Shown in pieces: positions 41,705 to 53,269 of a stretch of DNA of 64,000 nt. The notes beneath the pieces are model-generated. The model had not been told where the DNA came from and ran no database searches. It saw only the letters and a program-made list of their open reading frames with translations. A program made the translations under genes and the position numbers. Origin of the DNA: an uncultured Acidobacteriaceae bacterium. GTDB taxonomy: Bacteria; Acidobacteriota; Terriglobia; Terriglobales; Acidobacteriaceae. Position 1 is the stretch's first letter. Each line of letters opens with the position of its first letter. The DNA is taken from contig CAWAII010000013.1 in the NCBI GenBank assembly GCA_963782105.1, positions 139,042 through 203,041 of the forward strand. Direction: 5' to 3'.

Positions 41705-42645
41705 TGAGCAAGACAGCATTCCTATTCCCTGGTCAAGGTTCCCAAAGCGTCGGCATGGGCCGCGATCTCGCCGCAGCCTTCCCGATCGCGCGCCGGACTT
41801 CGAGGAAGCCAATGACGCTCTCGGCTTCGACCTGGCGGAGCTCTGTTTTCACGGACCCGAAGAGCAGCTGCGGCTGACTGAGTTCACCCAGCCGGCCATC
41901 TTTACCGCGTCCATCGCGGCGTTGCGCGTTCTGGCGAGGCTGGCGCAACCGCGGATTATTTTGCCGGCCATTCGCTCGGCGAGTACTCCGCCAACGTCGC
42001 CGCCGGCGCGATCGAGTTTGCCGAGCGGCGCGCACCGTGCGCCGCCGCGGGCAGTTGATGCAGCAGGCCGTGCCGGCGGGCCACGGGGCCATGGCGGCCA
42101 TTCTGGGCATGCACCCCGGGCCGTGATCGCCGTTTGCCAGGATGCCTCGCGGGAGGTGGGTGCGCCGGTCGAGCCAGCCAATATGAACGCTCCGGAACAG
42201 ACCGTGATCTCCGGAGCGACGGCGGCGGTCGAGCGGGCCATTGCGCTGGCCAAGGAACGTGGCGCCAAGCGGGCGGTGATGCTGCATGTCTCCGCGCCCT
42301 TCCATTGCAGCCTCATGCAGCCGGCCCAGGATGCGCCTTGCTCCTGTATTGCAGGGCATCGCCTTCTCGCCGCGCAAGACACCCGGTCGTCGTCAACGTG
42401 GATGCCGCGCTGGTCACCGAGGGCAGCGCTGCGCGAAGCTTTGATTCGTCAGGTCACCGGCGCGGTTCGCTGGACGGAGTCCATGCAGTTGCTGATAGCT
42501 CAGGGGGTCACAAGCTTTGTTGAGGTCGGTCCGGGCAAAGTGCTCAGCGGGCTTGTTACGGCAGATCGACCGCAGCCAGAAGTGCGCGCACGTGGAAGAT
42601 CCCGCGAGCCTCGGAAAATTCCTGGATGGTCCAGGTTCCTCGTAA
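41705..42645 (+). pseudogene. fabD: malonyl CoA-ACP transacylase FabD, several frameshifts
   Basis: These segments can only be joined by repeated frame changes: MSKTAFLFPGQGSQSVGMG, TEFTQPAIFTASIAAL, GHSLGEYSA, AMAAILG, PANMNAPEQTVISG, LHVSAPFHCSLMQPA and FVEVGPGKVLSGL. Confidence 0.85.
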
Positions 42646-42652
42646 CCGCTCC

Positions 42653-43103
42653 CTAGTCCGTCGAAAGCTGCACCGGGGAGAAGCCGATAGTTTTTGTCTT
42701 GCGCTCCACCCAAAGGAAGACGGGCGTTTTTTGTCCGTTCACTTCCACCCCGACGACCACTCCGGAGCCCAACCGTCTTAGCCATCAGGATCTTATGCGT
42801 CTTGATGTCGCCCCAATCGCTGGAGTGTCCCCAGTCTGTTTCAAAGCGGCCGTAGGGATACTGAGCATACTGCTGCGGATGCTGCTGCCAATCTGGGTCG
42901 TGGTTCCAGATGCCGAAGGCCTTAGGCAGGTCCTTGGCTTCCACGTGCGCAAAAAACTGGTTCACGCGATGTTCCTGGGGCCAGTCCCAGAACCACCAAA
43001 GAAAGCCAGCGAGCACCAGGCAGGCAACCAAGCCCGCAATCAGAAGATTCCTGCGCCTGCGTGCTTTGGCGGGATCATACGATGGTGCATCGAGCAGGGT
43101 CAT
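42653..43103 (-). pseudogene. hypothetical membrane-anchored protein, 1 frameshift near 3' end
   Basis: One TM helix (NLLIAGLVACLVLAGFLWWFW). The protein-like tail GSGVVVGVEVNGQKTPVFLWVERKTKTIGFSPVQLSTD* is in a neighbouring frame. Confidence 0.45.
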
Positions 43104-43143
43104 GGCGGCTCCTGCTTACGCGAAGTTTACCCTCATGACCATA

Positions 43144-44356
43144 TCAGCGCGAGTAAGAGATTTGTTCCTGTTCCGCCTTGCGTTCCAGGGCCAGCTCAAT
43201 CAGCCTCGAAATCAGATCGCGATACTTCATGCCCGAGGCCTCCCACAGCTTGGGATACATGCTGATGGAGGTAAAGCCCGGCATGGTGTTGATCTCGTTC
43301 AGGTAGAGCCGTCCGGAGTCGCCCGCCTCGAGGAGAAAGTCCACCCGCGCCAGCCCGGCGCAGTCACAGGCACGGAAGGCGGCGAGCGCCATTGCCTGCA
43401 CTTGCTGGCTCTGCTTTTTCGTCAGCCTGGCGGGAATGATGGCCTGCGAGCCTTCGCTGAGATACTTGGCCTCGTAGTCGTAAAACTCTTTGCCGGGGAC
43501 GATCTCGCCCACGACCGAGGCTTTAGGTTCATCGTTGCCCAGCACCGCGACTTCCAGCTCGCGCGCCTTGCCCATTTTCGCTCGGTTGCCGCGGCCGCCC
43601 ACGGCCTGCTCCACTACGATCTTGCGATCGAAGCTCGCTGCCAGGTCGATGGCCGGGCCGAGTTCCTTGCGGTCATGGGCCTTGCTGATGCCTACCGAGG
43701 AGCCCAGGTTTGCGGGCTTGACGAAGAGCGGATATTTGAGCGCGGCCTCCAGTTTGGCGATGATCTTCTTCGAGGCTTTGCTCCCATTCGTGGCGGAGGA
43801 AAGTCACGTGCTTGGTGATGGGCAGGCCGGCGGCCAGGAAGAGGCGCTTCATGACTTCTTTGTCCATGCCGGTTGCCGAGCCCAGTACTCCGGATCCAAC
43901 GTAGGCTAGCCCGGCGAGCTCGAACAGGCCCTGCATGGTGCCATCTTCGCCAAACGTACCGTGGAGCACGGGAAAGACGACATCCAACTGCAACACGTCG
44001 TGAGCCGGGGAGATGGACGATGCCTCTCGCTCGAAGGGCACGAGGGTGCCGCCCCGGCCGCCTTCCGCGGCGGGCATGGGGGGCACGATGACGCCTTGTC
44101 CCTTGGCAAGAGCGCCGCCGGGGCGGTGTGTTGCGGATCGCCCGCGCGCAGGGTGCCAGTGTCGGGAAAATCGCCGGCTAACAACCGCTCGGCATCGCCT
44201 GAGACGAGCCAGCGGCCCTGCTTGGTAATGCCGATCGGCACCACCTCATAACGAGTGCGATCGATTGCCTTGAGGACCGAGGCGGCCGAGAGCAGGGAGA
44301 CTTCATGCTCGCCGCTGCGCCCGCCAAAGAGTACGCCTACCCGGAGTTTTCTTCAT
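43144..44356 (-). pseudogene. ddl: D-alanine--D-alanine ligase, at least 4 frameshifts
   Basis: [19 protein letters not shown] is one base out of frame with its ATG. The break sits in an A4 run on the coding strand (T4 at 44347-44350). Further segments in different frames are [40 protein letters not shown] and [20 protein letters not shown]. Confidence 0.85.
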
Positions 44357-44437
44357 GCCCTTCTGATTTTATGGGTCGCGTGAACGTAGGTTGTCGCTTC
44401 TGGTGCGCTTGCTGGGATGGTAAGACCAAGCTGGCAA

Positions 44438-44615
44438 TCAGTCCCGAGAGAGACGGCTAAACGGCCCAGGACTTAGTCCTGGGTTGCGATCGGAATAGTA
44501 CGACAGGGAGGCTGAAAGCTGCCGAGGACGACGTCAGCCGTCCTGCGGGACTGATCGTCTCAAATCCACCCAGGACGACGTCCTGGGCTAAGTTCAGCCG
44601 TCCCTTCGGGACTGA
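44438..44615. repeat. REP-like palindromic repeat cluster (two inverted ~47-nt units plus a central partial unit)
   Basis: Unit 44438-44484 (TCAGTCCCGAGAGAGACGGCTAAACGGCCCAGGACTTAGTCCTGGGT) is the near reverse complement of 44568-44615. Each unit contains the hairpins CCCAGGAC-nnn-GTCCTGGG and GTCCC-nnn-GGGAC. A third half-unit lies at 44524-44555. Confidence 0.65.
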
Positions 44616-44642
44616 CTTTGGCCATTAACGGCACGAAAGCGC

Positions 44643-45820
44643 TTAGACCGACACCATCTGATTTTTTTCCGCGGCGCCGTTTTCGTTCCGCTCCACCCGC
44701 AATGCGACGAGCGCGACCAGCAGCGCGACGCTGGCGACTGCAGCGCTTCCCAAGCGAGAGATACTGATAGCCGATGCCCTCGGTCAGCATGATGCCGCCA
44801 AGGCTTGCGCCCAATGCGTTCCCCAGATTGAACGCGCCCTGATTCAGGGTCGAGGCCAGATTCGGAGCTCCTTTCGCCTGATCCACGATCCGCGCCTGCA
44901 AAGGAGCCCCAGCCGCAAAGTGGACGCAGCCCCAGACGAAGACCATGATCACGGCCGGCACCATGTGGGTTCCAGGAAAGGCATCGCCAGGAAGATCAGG
45001 ATCAACAGCATGACCCCGGCCACGATCACCGGCATCTGCTTCCAGTCCGCGAGTTTGCCGCCAAGCAGATTGCCGAGCGTGATGCCCACTCCAAACACCA
45101 CCAGGACCCTGGTTACCGCGCCCGGCGAGAGGTGCGTCACCTGCTCGAGAATCGGGGCGATGTAGGTGAAGACGCAGAACAGGGAAACGGAAGAAAGTGT
45201 ACTGAGCGCGAGCACAAGCTGTACCTGAGGGCGCACGACGGCCCGGAACTCATGCTTGAGGTGCATCTTCTCTGCCGGCTGTGAGGCACCATGCGAATCA
45301 GGCCGAGACCCGCAATCAAGCCGATGGGAACCAGCGCCCAAAAAGCGAACCGCCATCCAAACGCCTGGCCTAAGGCGGTTCCGGCAGGAACGCCAAGCAC
45401 ATTCGCCAGCGTCAAGCCGCTGAACATGATCGCAATTGCCTGGGCACGCTCGGAGCGCGGCACGAGATGGGAAGCCATGATGCTGCCGATGCCGAAGAAG
45501 GCTCCGTGGCAGAGCGCGGTGAGAATGCGCGCGCAGAGAAGCAGCAGAAACGTAGGGGCCATCGCGCACAAGGCATTGCCGACCAGGAACATGCCCATCA
45601 AAATGACCAGCGCGCGTTTGCGGTCCATGCGGGCGAGCGCAAGAGCCACCAGCGGCGACCCCAGGGTGACGCTGAGTGCATAGCCGGAAACGAGAATGCC
45701 TGTCTTGGGGATGCTCACCCGGAAGCTGTGGGCGAGGTCCGGCAACAGCCCCATGATGATGAATTCCGATGTGCCGATCCCGAACGCTGAAACGGCCAGT
45801 GCGAGCAGAGGTTTCCGCAT
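44643..45820 (-). pseudogene. MFS transporter (sugar/drug efflux-like), at least 3 frameshifts
   Basis: The N-terminal six TM helices lie in 45137..45820 (GIGTSEFIIMGLLPDLA, LGSPLVALALARMDRK). The C-terminal half is spread over two further frames and ends ..ALRVERNENGAAEKNQMVSV*. Confidence 0.75.
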
Positions 45821-45994
45821 AGCTTGTTTCTATTGTCCTCGATCCGGCCTGCAGGCCGGAAAAAGACTCGAAGACCCGGGACTATATATAGAAAACGCAC
45901 CCGGTCGCTGGCTTACGCCAACTGTTTCATTGTCTCAACGGGAGATTTTTCCATTGCGAGACTCCCGCGAGTACTTTCTCGCGCAGTTCTACCT

Positions 45995-46480
45995 TCACTC
46001 GGAGGTGGAGGGTTTCTGGCGTGGGGAAAGGTGCCTTCCCAACGAGCGGAGAAACCTGGTCATCAGACCGAGGGCACGCCGGGTCTCCTATAGCGCAATT
46101 GTTGAAGGATGGCAAAAAGTCCCGGTGGTTCGGCGTCGGGTTTATGGGCTGTCTCGACTGTTTCCCGTACTGCCGCGGCGGCGCCTTCGAGCAGCTCGGG
46201 ATCGATGGAGCCCAGAGTCTTGCCGAGGATGATAAGGTTCCTGAGACCGCGAATGGCGTCGGGCTCCTTCACCGCGTCGACGGCGAGCTCCACGATTTTG
46301 TCGCCCTCTGGAGAGTACGCCGTGGAGCACCTCAAATACGTGGGCATCGCGCAAGTGCTGAAGAAGTTCGTAGGCGTCCAGCAAAGCCTCGGCATGTTCG
46401 ACTGGAGCGCTTTCCAGACGTTCCCGCAGTTCTGCCCGCGGATCACGGGGAGGTAATTCGAGTGGTATCGGTCGTGCCAT
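45995..46480 (-). pseudogene. DUF1641 domain protein (formate dehydrogenase accessory-like), about 2 frameshifts
   Basis: AEALLDAYELLQHLRDA.., KIVELAVDAVKEPDAIRGLRNLIILGKTLG and RRALGLMTRFLRSLG lie in three frames. It is immediately downstream of fdhA, like yjgD after yjgC in Bacillus. Confidence 0.6.
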
Positions 46481-46513
46481 CGCGCCGAATCCTTTCGCAA
46501 TGCTTCTGCAGGT

Positions 46514-49488
46514 CTAAACCTTCGTCGTTTGCTGGATCTTGATCTGTACCAGTTTCTGGCTCCCTGGCTCGGTGTAGTCGCGCGCGCTTCCATTTGCGCT
46601 CCACTTCCACGCCGCGCTGCGGAGTGGGATGGCCGAAGCGGGAGTTGGTGCGGGGCAGCGGATTTTTGCCGACCTCCGGCAGCACCACCATCTGCACCGA
46701 TGTTTCCTTGTAGGCGGGCGTGTGCGTGGCCGTGTCCGTGTGACTGCTGGTGAGACGATTGACCGGGTTCTCTGTGGAGTTCATGGGCATGTAGAGCTCT
46801 TTGCCCTGCACTCTTTCGGTGACGACGGCGCGGACACGGACCTTGCCATAGCGTGAGATCAGTTGCACCCATGTGCCGCTCTCAATGCCGCGCTCCCGCG
46901 CCAGTTCCGTCGAGACTTCAACGAAGGTGTCCGGCGTCTTTTCCTGGATTCCCTCGGTGCGGTAGGTCATGTTGCCTTCGTGGAAATGCTCCAGGAGCCG
47001 TCCGTTGTTCAGGTGAAGGTCGTACTCCTCATTCTGCTGATCGGTGGGCTCGGTCCAGGCGACAGGATAAAGATTCGCCTTGCCGTCGGGGAATTTGAAT
47101 CCTTTGGTATAGAGCAACGGCTGGTCGCTTCCATCCTCGGCCACGGGCCATTGCAACGTCTTATAGCCTTCGAGGCGTTCGTACGTCACGCCCGCCATGA
47201 GCGGGGTGAGTGCGGCTATTTCCTTATAAATGTCGGCAGGGATGCTGGTAGTTCCAATGAGCGCCAAGCTGGTTGGCAACGTCCTGAATAATGCGCCAGT
47301 CGGGGCGGCTCTGCGCCAACGGCTCAAAGACCTCGTACAGCCTCTGGATGCGCCGCTCCGTGTTGGTGAAGGTGCCTTCCTTTTCCAGGCGATGGGGCTC
47401 GCAGGAAAAATGACATCGGCAAACCTGCAGGTCTCGCTGAAGAAGATATCCTGCACAACGAAAAACTCGAGCTTTTCCAAAGCCGCATCGACGAAGTTCG
47501 CGTTGGAATCGGCCAGGCTGATCTCTTCCCCAAACAGGTACATGGCCTTGAGAGAGCCGTTGTGAATCGCGTCGATCATCTCATGATTGTCGAGGCCGGC
47601 CTTGGGCGGCAGAGCGACGCCCCAGGCCTTTTCAAATTTCGCGCGAATCTCCGGGTCCTCCACCTTTTGATAGCCGGAGTAGTAGTTGGGCATCGCTCCA
47701 TGATCGCTTGCTCCCTGGACATTGTTATGCCCGCGGAGGGGATAGGCTCCGGTGCCCGGCCGCATATAGTTGCCGGTGACGAGGAGGAGATTGGAGATAG
47801 CGGTTGAGGTATCGGAACCCATGGAGTGCTGCGTGACGCCCATAGCCCACAAGATGCAGACACCATCGGCTTCGACGATCATGTGCGCGATCTTGCTTCA
47901 GCGTTTCGGCGGGGATGCCGCAACGCTCGCTCGGCAAATTCCAGAGTGAAGTGATCCAGGCTCTTGCGAAGTACTCGTCCAGTCCATTCACCCATTTGTT
48001 GAGGAACTCCGTCTTCGCCAGGCCGTTATCGAGAATGTAGCGGGTGACGGCGGAGAGCCAGACCAGGTCCGTGCTCGGATTGGGACGGATAAAGAGATCG
48101 GCGCGTTGCGCCATTTCATTGCTCGCGAAGATCGGAGACGATCAGCTTTTGCCCTTGAGCTTGTGCGCGCGTTTGACGCGCGTGGCCAGCACGGGATGGC
48201 TCTCCGCGGTATTGCTGCCGATAATCAGCACCAGCGCCGGCCTGCTCGATGTCGGTAATGGAGCCGGAGTCGCCGCCGTAGCCCACTGTGCGGAAGAGGC
48301 CCCTGGTTGCGGGCGCCTGGCAGTAGCGGGAGCAGTTGTCCATGTTATTGGTGCCGACCACGGCGCGCGCCAGCTTCTGCATCAGGTAGCTTTCTTCGTT
48401 CGTGCATTTCGAGGAGGAGATGAAGGCCAGCGAGTCCGGCCCGTGCGCCGCCTTGATCTCCGCGAGTCTGCGGCCGACCAGGCTGAGGGCCTCGTCCCAG
48501 CTGGCTTCGCGAAATTTATCGCCCTCGCGGATGAGCGGCTTGGTGAGGCGATCGGGGCTGTTGACATAGTCCCACCCAAACTTGCCCTTGATGCAGGTGG
48601 AGATGCCATTGACCGCGCCCTCTGCCGGCTCAACCTTCAGGATGTGCCGGTCCTTGGTCCAGATATCGAAGCTGCAACCGACTCCGCAGTACGTACACAC
48701 GGTTTTGGTCTTGCGGATGACCGCTTCGCGCATGTGCGCTTCCGCCTCTGAGAGTTGCATGATCGCTTCGTAGCCCACCTCCGGCTCGATGCCCTTGACG
48801 ACATCGATCATGCCGTCGAGCGCGGCGGCCGGCAAAGCGGTGAAGTAACCGGCATGCCCCAGCATCGATTTTTCCATCAGCGCATTGCAGGGACAGACGG
48901 TGATGCAATGGCCACATGAGACGCAACTGGACTCGCCGATGGCCGCCCCGCCATCCCACTGCACGCGGGGATGAGCATCTTCCCAGTTGATCGAGAGCGT
49001 CTCGTTGACCTGGACGTTTTGACAGGCCTCCACGCAGCGGCCGCACAGGATGCATTGATCCGGGTCATAGCGGTAGAAGGGATTGGTCATGTCCACTTCA
49101 TAGGGCTTGGGCGTGAAAGGAATCATCTGATGCTCGACGGCGAGAGCCCTGGCGGTGTTATGCACGGTGCAATTGCCGTTGCTGTTGTCGCAGACCGTGC
49201 AGTAGAGCATGTGATTGCCGAGGATGCGATCGAAGGCTTCGCGCTGCGCGGCATCGGCCCGCGGAGAGGTAGCGGAAATTGTCATGCCATCCGACCAATT
49301 CCGTAGCGCAGGCGCGGACAAGCTTCCCGTCGACCTCGACCATGCAGGTATCGCATGTTTGAATGGGGCCAAGCTGATGGTGGTAACACACCTGGGGAAG
49401 CGACGGTCCCGATCCGGTTGATCAGTTCGATCATCCGCTCTCCCACTACAAACTGCTGGGTAGTGCCATCGATGATTACGCTAGGCAT
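46514..49488 (-). pseudogene. fdhA: formate dehydrogenase alpha subunit (molybdopterin, YjgC/FdhA type, Cys variant), many frameshifts
   Basis: Segments assembled from at least 6 frame segments:
- N-terminal 2Fe-2S region ([21 protein letters not shown])
- 4Fe-4S ferredoxin motifs ([27 protein letters not shown])
- MopB domain ([33 protein letters not shown] with Cys at the active-site position)
- C-terminal molybdopterin-binding beta-barrel. Confidence 0.85.
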
Positions 49489-49582
49489 GAGACCTTGGAT
49501 GCTCCGCGCCGCCCGAGACTTGACGACAATCCTTCAATAGTAGACTCGAACTGGCAAAATTAGCTCTCCAATCCCGGCCAAG

Positions 49583-50158
49583 TTGGACGTGTCGAGGAGA
49601 GGAACTGCTCTCAAAGGAGATGATCGAGTGCAGGGGTCTCGCGAATACTTTCTAACCAGCGAACGCCTCGCATTCAGCCATTGGCAAGAAGATGATTTGG
49701 CTTTGGCCATGACGCTCTGGGGCGACCCCAAGGTCTCCGCGTTTCTCGGCGGCCCTTTTACTCCGGAGGAAGTCAGCGCACGGCTCAGTCGCGAAATTGC
49801 AACGATGATCGCCTGCAAGGTTCAATACTGGCCGGTATTCCTGCTGGAAAATAACGATCTCGTTGGGTGTGCCGGTCTGCGGCCCTACGCGAATGACGGA
49901 CATGTTTTTGAACTTGGATTTCACCTGAGGCCCGATTACTGGGGCAAGGGCCTCGCTCACGAGGCCGCACGCGCTGTTATCGACTTCGCGTTTGAAACAC
50001 TTGCCATCAAGAGTCTCTTCGCCGGACATCATCCGGCGAATGAAGCTTCGGAGCGACTCCTCAAGAGGCTGGGGTTCCTTTGGACTCACGAGGAGATCTA
50101 TCCACCCACTGGCCTGATGAACCCCGCTTATCGCTTGATAAACCCTAAAGCCACATGA
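49583..50158 (+). CDS. GNAT family N-acetyltransferase
   Basis: RimJ/RimL-like pattern: LVGCAGLRP..ELGFHLRPDYWGKGLAHEAARAVIDFAF..ANEASERLLKRLGF. The start is uncertain. Confidence 0.7.
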   Translation: MDVSRRGTALKGDDRVQGSREYFLTSERLAFSHWQEDDLALAMTLWGDPKVSAFLGGPFTPEEVSARLSREIATMIACKVQYWPVFLLENNDLVGCAGLRPYANDGHVFELGFHLRPDYWGKGLAHEAARAVIDFAFETLAIKSLFAGHHPANEASERLLKRLGFLWTHEEIYPPTGLMNPAYRLINPKAT

Positions 50159-50199
50159 AATGTTTCCACAGAAGCCGATTGGGTCGTCATAATAACGCC

Positions 50200-51873
50200 A
50201 TGTCCCGGCGAACTGCCTTTGCCGCAACCCTCGTGTTGTGCTGTCTGTGCCGCACTGCGACGGCACAGCAATACGATCTTGTGATTCGTAATGGCCATAT
50301 CGTGGACGGAACCGGATCGCCCTGGTATAGCGCGGATATCGCCATCCAGAATGGCCGCATCGTCAAGATCGGCACCATGGATGCGGCCTCCGCCGCAAAG
50401 ACAATTGACGCGCATGGGCTGACCGTGGCTCCAGGCTTTATCGATATGCTTGGCCAGTCAGAATTAACGATCCTGGTGAACCCTCATCTTCCGTCAAAAA
50501 TATTCCAGGGCATTACCACGGAGATTACTGGGGAGGGAAACTCAGTCGCGCCCACGAATGACCGCATGCTGGCCGAAGACCAGCCAGTCTTTGGCCACTA
50601 TCACATCACGCCTGACTGGCGCAGTTTCCAGGACTACTTCAAACGGCTCGAAACTCAGGGCATGGGTATCAATCTGGCAAGCTACGTGGGAGCAACGACA
50701 GTCCGGCGAATGGTGCTGGGAAACGAAGACCGCGCGCCGACCCCGGAGGAACTTGCGCAAATGCAGGCCCTCGTGCTGGATGCAATGCATCAAGGGGCCA
50801 TGGGTCTTTCGACAGCTCTGCAATACGCGCCCGCGCCTTACGCACACACTGAGGAACTGATCGCGCTGGCCTCGACCGCAGCCAGTGCCGGCGGTATTTA
50901 TGCCACCCATATGCGCTCCGAAGGAGACGACATATTCACCGCGCTCGATGAAACATTTCGCATTGGGCGCGAAGCGAAGATCCCGGTCGAAATCTGGCAT
51001 CTCAAAGCCGCGGGTAAGCCCAACTGGGGCAGAACACCTGAGATTGTCGATCGTATTAACGCCGCCCGTGCGTCTGGTCTTGATATCGCGGCGGATACGT
51101 ATGCATACACGGCGTGGTCCAATTCTTTTTCTGCGTTTGTTCCCCCGTGGGCCCACGTGGGCGGGAATAAGGCGATGGTCGCACGCCTCAAGGACCCCAG
51201 CCAACGTGCGCGGATACGCGACACGATGGAGCACGACAAGAATTGGGACAACGAATGGCTCGAGATCGCCGGTCCGGAGGGTGTGACGATTTCTTCGACC
51301 GTCGATCCAAAGCTGCAGCCATTGCAGGGAAAAAGTATCGCCGAAATTGCAAAGATGCAGGGGAAAGATCCCATCGACTGCATCCTCGACCTGATCGCGG
51401 CTGACCCGGCGATGGATGTGGTCGTGTCCGGCATGTCCGAGGCGGACGTCGCTTATGTGCTGAAACAGCCATGGGTCTCGATCGACAACGACTCTGCAGG
51501 TGCGTCGGTGGATGGAATTCTAGGCCAGGAGCATCCTCATCCCCGCGGTTACGGAACGTTCCCCCGCATTCTCAGAAAATATGTGCGCGAGGACCATTTG
51601 CTGACGTTGCCCGACGCCATCCGCAAGTTCTCCGCACTTCCTGCCCAGCGGATGCATCTGGCTGATCGCGGCGTCTTGAAAGCGGGCATGTGGGCCGATA
51701 TCGTCATATTCGACCCGGACACGATTCGCGATCTTGCGACCTACGAGAACCCCAACCAACTATCGGTGGGGATGCGGTTCGTACTTGTCAACGGAGTTCC
51801 TGTCATCAGCGAAGGCAAGATGACGCAGGCCTTGCCGGGCAAAGTTCTGCGCGGCCCAGGGTACGTTCAGTAG
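50200..51873 (+). CDS. N-acyl-D-amino-acid deacylase family amidohydrolase (D-aminoacylase)
   Basis: Signal peptide, then DLVIRNGHIVDGTGSPWYSADIAIQNGRIVKIG, GFIDMLGQSE and HMRSEGD. Intact. The likely start is MSRRTAF, inside ORF 50155..51873. Confidence 0.8.
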   Translation: MSRRTAFAATLVLCCLCRTATAQQYDLVIRNGHIVDGTGSPWYSADIAIQNGRIVKIGTMDAASAAKTIDAHGLTVAPGFIDMLGQSELTILVNPHLPSKIFQGITTEITGEGNSVAPTNDRMLAEDQPVFGHYHITPDWRSFQDYFKRLETQGMGINLASYVGATTVRRMVLGNEDRAPTPEELAQMQALVLDAMHQGAMGLSTALQYAPAPYAHTEELIALASTAASAGGIYATHMRSEGDDIFTALDETFRIGREAKIPVEIWHLKAAGKPNWGRTPEIVDRINAARASGLDIAADTYAYTAWSNSFSAFVPPWAHVGGNKAMVARLKDPSQRARIRDTMEHDKNWDNEWLEIAGPEGVTISSTVDPKLQPLQGKSIAEIAKMQGKDPIDCILDLIAADPAMDVVVSGMSEADVAYVLKQPWVSIDNDSAGASVDGILGQEHPHPRGYGTFPRILRKYVREDHLLTLPDAIRKFSALPAQRMHLADRGVLKAGMWADIVIFDPDTIRDLATYENPNQLSVGMRFVLVNGVPVISEGKMTQALPGKVLRGPGYVQ

Positions 51874-51882
51874 AAAAACACT

Positions 51883-52140
51883 TTACTCAATACCGGTGGG
51901 TTCAAAGGCGGCAAGGATCGTCACAATTTGACCGAAAGGAACGAAGAATGCAAGCCCCGGCGACGAAGGCTTTTTCGACAATCTCCCGATGACTTTGTCG
52001 ACCGCTTCCTGACTCTCGATCCAGATACCGGCTTCTTCAACGGCCAGGAGCTTTACGCTCTCGAGCTTCTCATTGTCGATAAAGCTGGGACCCATCACAA
52101 TCACCCGGTGACCAATCAGCTTGCGCAACTCGATTTCCAT
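51883..52140 (-). CDS. hypothetical small protein
   Basis: Intact 85-codon ORF with balanced, protein-like composition and somewhat lower GC than its surroundings. No recognisable domain. Confidence 0.4.
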   Translation of the reverse strand: MEIELRKLIGHRVIVMGPSFIDNEKLESVKLLAVEEAGIWIESQEAVDKVIGRLSKKPSSPGLAFFVPFGQIVTILAAFEPTGIE

Positions 52141-52268
52141 GGCTACCTAGACGCTTTCCTGAGCGATGGGGTTGCAGCTCTCAGCGTCTTACCCTGATTT
52201 CTCCGGAGCTCAGAGCCTTCGTAGGGTGGAGAAAAGAAAATGCAGAGCCGTCCCTTCACGGGACCGCA

Positions 52269-53246
52269 TCAGAGAATCTTCTTCCCGAAGGCGGAGCAGA
52301 TCAACTCCACGGCCAGCTCGGCGGTTCGGTTGTGCTCGTCGATGACCGGGTTGACCTCCACAATCTCAAAGCTCAGCAACCGTCCATGGTCGGCCAGGAT
52401 CTCCATCGCCAGATGCGCTTCGCGATAGGTGGCCCCGCCGCGCACCGGCGTGCCCACACCCGGCGCGTCTTCCGGATCGATCCAGTCCATGTCGAAGGAG
52501 ACGTGGTACCCCGCTGTGCCCCGGCCGGCGGCGCGCAAGGCTTCCTCCATCACCGTGCGCATCCCCCGCTCGTCGATGTCGCGCATGGTGTACACCTCGG
52601 TGATGCCCGCGCGCCGGATGTTTTCCTTCTCCGTCACGTCGATGTCGCGCACGCCAATCAGCACCGTGTTCTCCGGGTCGATTTTCGGCTGCCAGCCAAA
52701 GATGCCCGACAGCGCCTCCGGCCCCAGGCCAAGCAGCGCGGCCAACGGCATGCCATGCACGTTGCCGCTGGGGGAGGTCTCCGGGGTGTTGATGTCGGAG
52801 TGGGCGTCGATCCAGAGCAGCCCCACCTTCTGGTTCCGGCGCCGGTAGAACTCGGCCAACCCGGAGACCGAGCCCACGGCCACGGAATGATCGCCTCCCA
52901 GAATCAATGGGGTGATGCCTTCCTCGAGGGTCTGCAGCACCATGCCGGCGACCCGTTCGCAGGTTTCGCTGATCTCGTTAATGTACTTGGCGTTCGGCTC
53001 GCCGGCGTTTCGGGTTTCAGCAATCGCCACCGCGACATTGCCCCCATCAGCGACCACGTGACCCAACGCCTCGAGCCTGGCTTCGAGGCCGGCTACCCTG
53101 ACCGCGGATGGCCCCATATCGACTCCGCGGCGCGACTGGCCCAGATCGAGGGGCACGCCGAGAATGCGGATATGGCGCGGCGGAAGGGACTGCACTCCAC
53201 GCGGACGCGGCCTGTTGATTGGAATCGCATCCCGGTCTTTCGCCAT
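52269..53246 (-). CDS. rocF: arginase
   Basis: Ureohydrolase motifs [34 protein letters not shown] (arginase-type GNxHGMP), SFDMDWIDP and EIVEVNP. The start ATG at 53246 ([12 protein letters not shown]) lies within the longer ORF 52269..53726. Confidence 0.85.
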   Translation of the reverse strand: MAKDRDAIPINRPRPRGVQSLPPRHIRILGVPLDLGQSRRGVDMGPSAVRVAGLEARLEALGHVVADGGNVAVAIAETRNAGEPNAKYINEISETCERVAGMVLQTLEEGITPLILGGDHSVAVGSVSGLAEFYRRRNQKVGLLWIDAHSDINTPETSPSGNVHGMPLAALLGLGPEALSGIFGWQPKIDPENTVLIGVRDIDVTEKENIRRAGITEVYTMRDIDERGMRTVMEEALRAAGRGTAGYHVSFDMDWIDPEDAPGVGTPVRGGATYREAHLAMEILADHGRLLSFEIVEVNPVIDEHNRTAELAVELICSAFGKKIL

Positions 53247-53269
53247 AGGTTTCGTCCAGTAGAAAAACG

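Noticed and set aside
44560-44642. A C-terminal extension of the MFS transporter ORF into 44560-44642
   Set aside because: The extension is a translation of the REP cluster, produced after a frameshift. The repaired frame ends at 44643-44645 with ..EKNQMVSV*.
48250-48330. Selenocysteine (TGA plus SECIS) in the formate dehydrogenase
   Set aside because: The active-site position is encoded as Cys (..[13 protein letters not shown]..) within an open frame. No in-frame TGA is needed there.
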